Source of the DNA: an uncultured Bacillota bacterium
Lineage (GTDB): Bacteria; Bacillota; Clostridia; Christensenellales; UBA1242
DNA: 48,871 nt
Assembly: GCA_900545735.1 (NCBI GenBank)
Contig: URAC01000001.1
Span: forward strand, 1-48,871
Reading direction: 5' to 3'
The notes beneath the pieces were generated by a model. That model had not been told where the DNA came from, did no database searches, and saw only the letters and a list, made by a program, of their open reading frames with translations. The translations under genes and the position numbers were made by a program. Shown in pieces: positions 25,539 to 35,000 of this stretch; position 1 is the first letter of the stretch, and every line of letters begins with the position of its first letter.

Positions 25539-26762
25539 ATGAGTTATGTCAATAGACATGCAGAAAACAAATTTCAATTGCTTAATAGTATGTTTCAAGT
25601 AGTTCTAGTTTGTGGACCAAGACAAGTTGGGAAAACCACAATGTTAAAACATTTTGCTGATGGTACAAAGCGTACCTATGTAACACTTGATGATTTGGAC
25701 AATAGAGAACTTGCTCTTTCAGACCCAAAACTCTTTTTCCAAAAATTCAAGCCCCCTATTCTTATTGATGAAATTCAATTTGCACCAAATCTTTTTTCAT
25801 ACATTAAAATAATGGCTGACAATAATCAAATTGCTGGTGAATTTTGGCTTAGCGGTTCTCAAAGTTACAAAGTTATGAAACTTGCTTCCGAGTCCTTAGC
25901 AGGTAGAATTGGCATTATGAACATGTACTCTTTAACCTATCAAGAAATACTTGGTAACCTTGAAGATATTCCAAAAGATTTTTCTTTTACGACTCTAAAT
26001 GGTTTAAATTCAAAGCCAAAACTAGAATTAAATAGTGTTTTCTCATATATCTTTAAAGGTGGCATGCCAAAGACCATTGATTATACCGATGAAATGAGAA
26101 CTGAATATTTTAAATCTTATATTGAAACATATCTAATGAAAGATATACAGGAATTAGGCAAAATCACTGACGTTGTAAGATTTAAAAAATTCTTAACTGC
26201 ATGTGCATCACAAAATGCAAATGTTATAAACTATGCTAATCTTGCATTAGCATCTGACATTTCTCAACCAACAGCAAAAGAATGGCTTTCTACTTTGCAA
26301 GGAATTGGAATTGTATACTTAGTTCAACCTTATTTTAATAATTCTTTAAAAAGGCTTACTAAAACTCCAAAATTGTATTTCTTTGATACTGGTCTTTGTG
26401 CATATCTTGCAAAAATACCATCAGAAGAAATGTTGCTTGCTAGTTCTCTTGCTGGAGCTTACTTTGAAAATTATGTTATGAACCAACTTGTTATTAAAAA
26501 CGCACTTTCAAAGAATGAAAGAAATATATATTTCTATCGTGATATTGACCAAAACGAAGTTGATATTCTTCTCGAAGATGGAGATGGTATAACTCCACTA
26601 GAAGTTAAACTTTCTGCAAATCCAAATAAGAGAGATATAGAAAAATTTAAAGTTTTGGAAAAATTAAATAGAAATATAAAAGATGGTGGCATAATTTGTT
26701 TAATAGATAGTGTCTATCCAGTAAATGAGCATAATTCTTTAATTCCTGCTGGACTAATTTAA
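25539..26762 (+). CDS. AAA ATPase (AAA_14-like) with a C-terminal DUF4143 / PD-(D/E)xK-like domain; opposite-strand cargo gene
   Basis: Walker A VCGPRQVGKTT and Walker B PILIDEIQ. The C-terminal segment is YFYRDIDQNEVDILLEDGDGITPLEVK. The start ATG 25539 lies 8 nt after GGAGG; the track start is a GTG inside the RBS. Confidence 0.75.
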   Translation: MSYVNRHAENKFQLLNSMFQVVLVCGPRQVGKTTMLKHFADGTKRTYVTLDDLDNRELALSDPKLFFQKFKPPILIDEIQFAPNLFSYIKIMADNNQIAGEFWLSGSQSYKVMKLASESLAGRIGIMNMYSLTYQEILGNLEDIPKDFSFTTLNGLNSKPKLELNSVFSYIFKGGMPKTIDYTDEMRTEYFKSYIETYLMKDIQELGKITDVVRFKKFLTACASQNANVINYANLALASDISQPTAKEWLSTLQGIGIVYLVQPYFNNSLKRLTKTPKLYFFDTGLCAYLAKIPSEEMLLASSLAGAYFENYVMNQLVIKNALSKNERNIYFYRDIDQNEVDILLEDGDGITPLEVKLSANPNKRDIEKFKVLEKLNRNIKDGGIICLIDSVYPVNEHNSLIPAGLI

Positions 26763-26801
26763 TATCAAAATTTTATAGTGTTCCAAATGAAGTAAAATAC
26801 T

Positions 26802-29438
26802 TTAATTGGAGCACTTTTTTTCTTCAAAAATTTCTCTAACATGTGGCGTTGCGACAATTCTAATGTTAGTTCTATTTGCTGGTCCTGTAATTAGGAACGC
26901 ACTTCCTCTTGGAAGATTTACAATGTTATCTGTTTCATTTTCGTTAATTTGACCGGCCTTTTCATATAACGAACAAAGGTCTGACATATCATTTGGCGAC
27001 AAAGAAAAAATAAACGAGTATTGACTAACGTTTATTATCGCAGATGATTTTCTTGCTATATCCGGACTTCCCACGAAATCCTTAACATTTTGCGTAATAA
27101 CAATTTGCATTCCGTTATATTTTCTAATACGTTTTGCAAGTTGATACATAAAGTCTAGTGCTATTGGAAATTTCTCATCAATGAACACGTGAGCTTCATC
27201 TATTGCTATTACAATCTTTCTATTTGCACCAAAGATTTGGTTATAATCCCTATTCTTAATTACTTCATTGTCTAGCCATTTAAGAACCAAAAGCATTTGA
27301 GCATTACCTATCAAATTGTTTTTGTTTGACAATAGTTTTTGAAAGTTAAAGCAGACAAAGTTTTCAGTTGGATTAAATGTTGTAAATCCATTCCAAAGGG
27401 CTGAATTTCTACCACCCCTTCTGAATTTACTTACATAGTTTGCTAGGACTTTGTAACAAGAAAGGTTATATTCATCTTTTTCCTTTTCAATCCTTCTATC
27501 AATTTCTTCTGCAAGGTCTTGAAAGATAGGATAATCTTTTGGTCTTAACTTGGTTAAATCTGTCTTTGCAGTTATTCCTTTTTGATTGTATATTTCAACA
27601 ATAACTTTATTGAGCAACTCCAAACTATCCGAGTTTATTCCCTGCAAAATCAATCTGAAAAATTCTTCAAGAAATTGTAGATGAGAATAAAATGAGTTGT
27701 TAGAACCATCTTGATTTTCATCATCTAGTGAAGAAATTATGTGAAAAGGATTTATTCTTCCATTTTTAGATGATGATACATCAAGCACTCTACCATTAAG
27801 ATTTTCTGCAAGTGTGCCATATTCGTTTTCTGGGTCAAGAATAAATATCTTTGCATTATCGCTTGCAAGATTAGCCAGCAACATCTTTGTGCAATATGAT
27901 TTACCTGAACCAGATTTACCGATAATAACCGTATTTGAATTAACTCTTTCATCATCTCTACGGAAGAAATCAACAAATGTTGGCAATTTATTTTCTCCAA
28001 TCAAAATACCGTTTTTGTCAAGAATTGCGTTACTTACAAAAGGAAATGATGAAGCAATGATTGATGAATTAAGACCACGAGAAATATTTAGTTTATTGTA
28101 AGTGTTGATGTTACTAGCAAAATAACTTTCAATTTGTCTGCCAAACATCTCTCCAAACTTAAAACCAAGTTCTCTCAATTTTCTTCTAACATTTTTCTTG
28201 TTAGTTGTGTCTTTACCATAGTCGTATGCTGTGATAATGAGTGTTGTGTCAAAGAACACTTCATTATCGTTTTGCAAACCTTCCAACAAGACTTGTAAAC
28301 TCTCCAAGTGAGTTTGTTTATCAATTTGTGAACTTGCCTTTCCCAAGGTATTTTGAGATAAAAGTTCATTGATTGCATTATCTATCCTTTTGATTGCTTT
28401 GTATTTCTCTACTGGTTTACACTTCATTACAACCTTTGTATTTGGTATATCAAATAGTTGTTGTCCCCAAGCGTTATCAACTTTCAAAGGATAGTCAGTT
28501 ATAACAAAATGAGTTAAAGTTTTGTCATTTTGTTTTGTTGATAAAATTTTGAATTGAACATTGTCTGGATAAATATGTTTGATATAATCTTTTTCTTCAT
28601 ATTTATCAAATTCTCTCTCATCAAAATCTTTATCATAAGAGTATTTTAAAAAGATTGCTAATTCTTTGCTATTAAGCCTTTTGACTTCCAAATTGCTTCC
28701 AGAAAGCGTGTTTTCTATAATCTCTAACGAGTTATTTAAACTTCTACTATCAATGTCGTGTAAGGCAATATAATAACTGCTAGAAAAGATTTTTTCATTT
28801 GAATTTAAACTCTCAATTAAATTCATTCTATCTTCAATGACTTCTACCCTTTTTCTAAACTCATCTTCCGACAAGTTGCCATTTTCGTTTTCAGCAATCA
28901 AGTGTTGAATACGAGTTAATTCGTTATTGATATAGTCATCAAAGATTACGGGCTTTTCAAGTTTGATTAAATCATATTCTTGAAATATACCCACATTTTT
29001 TAGTGTTGAAGATAAGGCACCATCTATCAAGTAATTTTGTTTATTTGCCGATAACATATTGAACTCTATCGGGGTTACCTGAATAACCCCGGTATAAGTT
29101 CCATCTTTCCCATAAATCAAATCATTTTCCACCTTTGCATAAGGAATAACATTACTTATATGGTTACTACCTTTTTTCGATTTACTAAAAGATTTTTTTG
29201 CTACTGCAAAACTAACTCCATAAGCGATTGCTTGATAAAGTTTTATTTCTCCAATTGGAATGAACATTGGTGCCGAAATCATAAGAATTGCCAATGCAAT
29301 GATATATTTGTTTGGCAAGTTACTTGTAGCCGCAAGGGCTATGAAAGCAAGTGCAATTATACCTATAATGACATCATAGATTCCAATGCCTTTATAGAAC
29401 TGCAACTTAACCTTCGTGTTTCTTGGTATTATTCGCAT
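26802..29438 (-). CDS. VirB4/TraE-like conjugal transfer ATPase
   Basis: Two N-terminal TM helices. Walker A IIGKSGSGKSY and Walker B VIAIDEAHVF. The size (878 aa) and position next to the VirB6-like gene also fit. Confidence 0.85.
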   Translation of the reverse strand: MRIIPRNTKVKLQFYKGIGIYDVIIGIIALAFIALAATSNLPNKYIIALAILMISAPMFIPIGEIKLYQAIAYGVSFAVAKKSFSKSKKGSNHISNVIPYAKVENDLIYGKDGTYTGVIQVTPIEFNMLSANKQNYLIDGALSSTLKNVGIFQEYDLIKLEKPVIFDDYINNELTRIQHLIAENENGNLSEDEFRKRVEVIEDRMNLIESLNSNEKIFSSSYYIALHDIDSRSLNNSLEIIENTLSGSNLEVKRLNSKELAIFLKYSYDKDFDEREFDKYEEKDYIKHIYPDNVQFKILSTKQNDKTLTHFVITDYPLKVDNAWGQQLFDIPNTKVVMKCKPVEKYKAIKRIDNAINELLSQNTLGKASSQIDKQTHLESLQVLLEGLQNDNEVFFDTTLIITAYDYGKDTTNKKNVRRKLRELGFKFGEMFGRQIESYFASNINTYNKLNISRGLNSSIIASSFPFVSNAILDKNGILIGENKLPTFVDFFRRDDERVNSNTVIIGKSGSGKSYCTKMLLANLASDNAKIFILDPENEYGTLAENLNGRVLDVSSSKNGRINPFHIISSLDDENQDGSNNSFYSHLQFLEEFFRLILQGINSDSLELLNKVIVEIYNQKGITAKTDLTKLRPKDYPIFQDLAEEIDRRIEKEKDEYNLSCYKVLANYVSKFRRGGRNSALWNGFTTFNPTENFVCFNFQKLLSNKNNLIGNAQMLLVLKWLDNEVIKNRDYNQIFGANRKIVIAIDEAHVFIDEKFPIALDFMYQLAKRIRKYNGMQIVITQNVKDFVGSPDIARKSSAIINVSQYSFIFSLSPNDMSDLCSLYEKAGQINENETDNIVNLPRGSAFLITGPANRTNIRIVATPHVREIFEEKKCSN

Positions 29439-30813
29439 TTTGTCCTTCCTTATTTAAAATGTTTTTACCTGCTTGTGCATGGTTAATAAAACTATCACCT
29501 GCCCCTATGTTTTTAGCACGTGGCACAAAATTCTTGGCCATTCCAACAACACCACCTTCGGCAAGGTCTTTAATCATACCAATAGGCATAGTTGCAATAC
29601 GAGTTGGCATACCACCATATTTTGCTAGTTTGCTTGGTGTGTCTGATTTATTTAGATAAGGTTTACTTGTTGGTGTCCCAAATGAATTTGAAAAACCTTT
29701 TGCAAAGGACTTTGTAGATTTCTTTGTATCAACAAATCTTTTACCACCTAAAATTGCACCACCAAGTGTTGCTCCTGCTCCAATGGTTGCTTTTGTAAGA
29801 CCAGCGCCATATCTCATATTACTTAACATTTGTTGTGTTTCATTTGCTCCTGCACTTCCACCAGTAAGCTGTGCAATAACCAAGTTCGCTTTCGTTACTG
29901 CGTATGCTCCACCAATCAAGAACAAGATTTTAACTATTCCATTTTTGAACGAGTCCGCAAAGAATGTTATTGAACTTATTTGTGGAATTATTATAAAAAA
30001 CAAATTCATTGAAAGAATAATTCCATAAGCACCCAATACCTTCGAGATTGTCATATCTCTCCAAATCTTAAAACGATTTCCATCATCAACTGGAATTGTG
30101 CTAACACTTATTGGCGAGATAATGTAAAGTAAAACAATATCAAAAATCCTTTGAATAAATGTTACTGCACTCATGACAAACATAACCATTATTACAATCG
30201 AACCAAAAATTCCAATTAAGAAATCCAAGTTTCTCAAACTGTAATATTGACTAACCACACCAATATCAAAGTAACTAAGTTCACCACTTAAAAACATTCT
30301 TTCAATATCTGCTCTTATAGCTTCATCACCAATATAGGCATACTGCCCACTTGTTACTAGGATTTGCCCACCTATTGATGTTCCTCCACCTGTGCTTGCA
30401 AAGTATGGGTTCATACTCGTGTTAATTGCACCCATCACCGCATTTGTAAGTGTTATTCCTGCAACCAATATAAATGGCACCATTAGGAATATCGCAAAAC
30501 TTTGAAATGCTTTGCCGAGTATTTGTCCTTTGGATTTTTTATTTTCTCCATACGCATATTCACTTCTGATTATTGCTATAAGGACAAACACTACAAGCAA
30601 AATAATTGCAATTAAAAAGATATAAAAGAATGTGGTTTTAACCGTTTTTGAAAGTATGAAATGCGATAGAAAATCGGTTTGTTTTCCGTCTATGGTTACT
30701 GGCTCAATTCCAGCCAACTTGTAAAAAATCTCTCTAACGAAATCAATGATATAACAAATCGTTTTTTGCAGATTATATAACAGTTCAAAAATCCAATTTG
30801 TTAACCACTCCAT
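29407..30813 (-). CDS. VirB6/TrbL-like polytopic T4SS membrane protein
   Basis: At least 6 hydrophobic helices and a G/A-rich soluble tail. It lies immediately upstream of virB4 and overlaps it. Confidence 0.6.
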   Translation of the reverse strand: MEWLTNWIFELLYNLQKTICYIIDFVREIFYKLAGIEPVTIDGKQTDFLSHFILSKTVKTTFFYIFLIAIILLVVFVLIAIIRSEYAYGENKKSKGQILGKAFQSFAIFLMVPFILVAGITLTNAVMGAINTSMNPYFASTGGGTSIGGQILVTSGQYAYIGDEAIRADIERMFLSGELSYFDIGVVSQYYSLRNLDFLIGIFGSIVIMVMFVMSAVTFIQRIFDIVLLYIISPISVSTIPVDDGNRFKIWRDMTISKVLGAYGIILSMNLFFIIIPQISSITFFADSFKNGIVKILFLIGGAYAVTKANLVIAQLTGGSAGANETQQMLSNMRYGAGLTKATIGAGATLGGAILGGKRFVDTKKSTKSFAKGFSNSFGTPTSKPYLNKSDTPSKLAKYGGMPTRIATMPIGMIKDLAEGGVVGMAKNFVPRAKNIGAGDSFINHAQAGKNILNKEGQNANNTKKHEG

Positions 30814-30816
30814 AAA

Positions 30817-31344
30817 TTATTCCTCGTCAAAAAAACTTAACAAACTGTCAAAAACAAACCTAGTTTCATCACCTTCATTTCTTTCAACTTTGATATGAAA
30901 ATTATCGTCTTTATTTATGTTGACTGAACTTTCAAGTAAGAGTGTTACATCAGTTGGCTCGCCTTCTTTAAAACTAACTTCAGCTGATTGTAAAAGTTCA
31001 TTATTTTTATAAAGTGAAAATTTGATATTGCTATCACTTTCTGCTTTTGCAAGGAATACAATACCCTTTGATTTGTAATTTTGTTTGTTTATAATTTTAA
31101 TATCTGTGTATTCTTTATTTTCAATTTCAGCGTTAAATTGAATGTTATCTGTAAGAATAGAAAGTGGAATATTTCTTGCTCCTTCACCTTCTATTTGAAC
31201 TTGCACACTGTCAACTCTAACTTCATAAGTTTCCTTTGTTGGGGTGCCACTTGGTGTGCTTGCACCACAAATTATTATCAGTCCAAGAATTAAAACTGTA
31301 AGTAAAATTCCTGCACCAATTAGTATTTTATTTTTTTTGTTCAT
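30817..31344 (-). CDS. Membrane-anchored T4SS-associated protein (175 aa)
   Basis: N-terminal anchor KILIGAGILLTVLILGLIIICGAS followed by a beta-rich domain. It sits 3 nt from the VirB6-like gene. Confidence 0.45.
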   Translation of the reverse strand: MNKKNKILIGAGILLTVLILGLIIICGASTPSGTPTKETYEVRVDSVQVQIEGEGARNIPLSILTDNIQFNAEIENKEYTDIKIINKQNYKSKGIVFLAKAESDSNIKFSLYKNNELLQSAEVSFKEGEPTDVTLLLESSVNINKDDNFHIKVERNEGDETRFVFDSLLSFFDEE

Positions 31345-31489
31345 TTTTTTTATCTCCTAAATCAATAATAATTCTAATCAAGTCTTCTATCGACACATTC
31401 GTTTCTTCCAATAAAACCGTCAAAGCAAAACCTTGACTAAAATTAGATATTTTTTTAGATAATTTTTCTTCAAATTCTTTTGATGTCAT
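31328..31489 (-). CDS. Small unlisted ORF (53 aa), candidate
   Basis: My translation is MTSKEFEEKLSKKISNFSQGFALTVLLEETNVSIEDLIRIIIDLGDKKNEQKK. GGGAGA lies 5 nt upstream of ATG 31489. It overlaps the next gene start by 17 nt and is below the track length cutoff. Confidence 0.35.
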   Translation of the reverse strand: MTSKEFEEKLSKKISNFSQGFALTVLLEETNVSIEDLIRIIIDLGDKKNEQKK

Positions 31490-31499
31490 TTAATTCTCC

Positions 31500-31790
31500 C
31501 TAAGCTATTTGAGTTCCAACCCAATCTTGTAAGATAGGCATTGCAATTTTCAATCCGACAATCAACACGAAAATTACTACAAAACCAATAATCGCACCAA
31601 TCAAATCTTTCTTCGCTTTTTCTCTCGAACCGGCTTCATCTGCCTTCGCAAGTTTAACGCCCAAGATGATACAATAAATAGTTCCAATAGAACCAACCAA
31701 GCCAATTGCTGGCCATAAAATTGCATTTAAGACTTCCAAAACTGGAGCCAAAATAGGATTGAAATCAATCGCTGCTAACATGTTTTTCAT
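31500..31790 (-). CDS. VirB2/TrbC-like small two-TM protein (pilin-like), tentative
   Basis: 96 aa with two hydrophobic helices flanking a charged loop (KLAKADEAGSREKAKKD). GGAGG lies upstream. It is the first gene of the T4SS sub-block. Confidence 0.45.
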   Translation of the reverse strand: MKNMLAAIDFNPILAPVLEVLNAILWPAIGLVGSIGTIYCIILGVKLAKADEAGSREKAKKDLIGAIIGFVVIFVLIVGLKIAMPILQDWVGTQIA

Positions 31791-32050
31791 ATAAAAAGTT
31801 CCTCCGAAAAAATCAAAAAATTTAATCCTTTCTATGCAACCTTTCTATGCTTTCAAAAGATAAAAATGAAGTGGGTTTCACACTTGCATTAGGTTAAGGG
31901 GGTGTGGTTCAAAAATGAAACAGTGCCATTTTTAAGTGAATCGTCAAAATTACTAGTAATTTCAAGACTTTTAGACACTTAAAAATCAATTTTGAGCCAA
32001 AACCCTTATCCTGCTAGATAAAAATATCAAGGATATTCTTATCAAATTTG

Positions 32051-35000
32051 TCAATTCTCACCATTTTCATCGCTTTCATCAGTTCCTTCATCACCATCAA
32101 TTACAATGTCCTCACCATCATCAAAATCGTCATCAACAACGGTTTCAGTAACGGTTTCTTCAACCTTATCTGCATAGTAATGATGTCGTGATTTTATTAG
32201 TAGTATTATTAGTAATACAACCAATGCTCCAAGTCCGGCAATTACTGCCACGCTTGCTCCATTAAGAGAGTAAACTCTTTCAAAAATGTAGACTGTTTTA
32301 TTTCCAGCTTCGTCTATTAACTCCACTACAAATCTTCCAGATTTTTCAATTTCATCACCGAGTTTATAATCAAAATTTGCTCCATCGACTGTAACAATTA
32401 AATCGCAAGGTTTCTCTGATACATCTTTCATTACGACTTTATTTTTGGTTGAACCACCATTATTCACTCCAACCAAAACGAGTGTCGGTGGTGTTGTATC
32501 AAGTGTAATTTCAAAGCTGTAAGTTTTACCAGCGAGAGTATCAAGAACTTCAACGTGATAGGTCCCTTCATCATAAATGTAGAACTCTCTATCTACAATT
32601 TGAAATTCAAAATCTTCATCATTAAAGGTTACATTTTTGATTTCAATTCCACTTTGCAATAAGTGTTTTAAATTTTGTTTTTTCTTCGTAATAATTGTAA
32701 AGAATGAACTTATCATATTTCCTAATTCATCAGTAATTGTGTAAGAGTATTCACCATCTTCATTTAAAATTTGTTCAAATTTATAATCAAATGGTTTACC
32801 ATCTTTATACATAATTATCTTCAAATTTTCATAGGCAATAAGTCTAACACCGGCATTAGAAATTCCCCCATGATAAGTGTTTATATCGTAAGAAATTTCT
32901 TTGTCAATTTCAAACTCAAAGGATATATAATTCTTTGCTCTATCTGAAATATAAACTACATATTTCCCATGTGCTGTTATTTCATCTCCAAGTCTATATT
33001 CTTCCCTAATCGAGTTGTCCTTTACATACCAACAAGTTAGGTTAGATTCCTGTGATGTTATCCAAGCACTACCCCTTGTTTTACCAAATTCTTCTACTCC
33101 ATATAGAGTTGCTTTTGGTGGGGTTTTATCAATTTCAAATGTGAAAAAGTAACTGTTGCCATATTCATCAAAAAGTCTTACAACATAAGTTCCTTCATCA
33201 GTAATCATTAAACCAAATTCGTAATCAAAATCTTCATTATTATTTGTGATAGAAATGCTTAAATTTTCTTTGTTAATTAAACGAATATCAAAATTGATAT
33301 ATCTTATTTCTTCTACTTTATATTGTTTACCTTGTGCGTCTGCTATTACAAAATCAATAGATTTATCTATGCTAAATTTAACTGTTGTTTGATTTCCTAT
33401 TTCATCTGAAAGAGTGATTGTATAATCACCTTCATTGGACAAAACTTGTCCAGATTTATATTCTTTCGTTATGCCATTAATAGTATAACAAGCGGAATAC
33501 TCCTCATCATCATTTGTCTCCCAGTTGGCATAAACATTGCTACCAGTTGTTCCATTTGGTTCAACATTATAAAGATTTAATTTTGGTTTAATTGTTTTGA
33601 TTGTGAAATTATAAATATTATAGTTTTCGGTGTCTGACTTATCTATAAGTTGGATACTATAATTTATCAAACTATCATCTTCTGGCAAGAAAACAATGGT
33701 TGTTAAATTATTATCAGTTGTTCCATCTGGTGTGAATGTTATATTGTTTTTGCTTACAATAACAAAGTATTTATTGCTATCGTAAATAAACTTTACAACG
33801 TCTTTGGTTTTACCGTTATGAGTAACTCCAACAAGTATTCCAGTTGGCAAATCTTTTTCAAATTTGAACTCATAAGTGAGTATTCTTCCAAAGTTATCAG
33901 TGATTTCAACTGTGTAAATTCCACCTTTATTGAAAACATATTTTAATGTTGTAGGATTGATAAAAATCAAATCATTGTTGTCAATGTTTGGAAATTCATC
34001 ATATCCAAGTTCAGAATTAAGACAAATTCCATTTCTATAAATTTTCAAATCTTGAATTGAGTTATAGCTTTCTCCTTTGTCAATTTTTATTTCGAGTTGT
34101 GTGTTCGCGTTGATTGTTTTAAATTTTGCTTCTGGGGCCTTGCCAAGCAAAGCAACCTTAAAAGTGAACGCGTTTCCTACTCTATCCGCAATATTGATTT
34201 GGAATATTCCAGAACCGAGTTCACTAAAATCTGGCATTTCATCAAGATAAGTAAATCTTTTAGTTGTGTTGTCTGGGCATTTGACTTCCATTACCCACCA
34301 CTTATCATCTTCAATAACATTCAATATTTCAAAATCTTCATAGTAAAAGATTAGTTCACTATTTGCTGGAATATCTGCTTTTGAGATTGTTCGAGTAACT
34401 TCTTTGTCTTTGCCATAGATTTTTCCTTTTATATCAAGTAATGGTGCTTGAACATCAAGAAAAACATAATAAGGTGTTTCGTGTCCAACATAATCCACTT
34501 CTTTGATTTGATATAATCCATGAGATGTAACCTGTTTACTAAATGGAACACCATACGCAAATTGCTTCCAATTTACTGTATCATCTCCAAGAAATTCATA
34601 GTAAATTGCATAGGTTTCATTATCATCTTTATATTTAAAAGTAAAATCATTTACAATGTAACCTTTAATACCATTTATTTCAATGTAGTTCTCAATCACA
34701 CTATCATCTATCTTATTTCCATAATCATTAGGATAAATGCTAGAGTTTAGCCTACAAGTTTGTGGCTCAGAAATAAATTTCTTCGCATACTTTGTTATTG
34801 CTTGTAGTAATGAATTTCTATCAAAGTAATAAACATAAAGGTTTTCATCATTCAATGACTTATACAACCAATAATCACCTAATTTGATTGTGTTACCACT
34901 TGCTACACGATTTGTTTCTGTAAAATCATCAAGATTATTTAAAGTAAAGTTTGTTACTTTATTTTGTTCTTCAAGCTTAGTAGCAAAACTTAAAGCGTCA

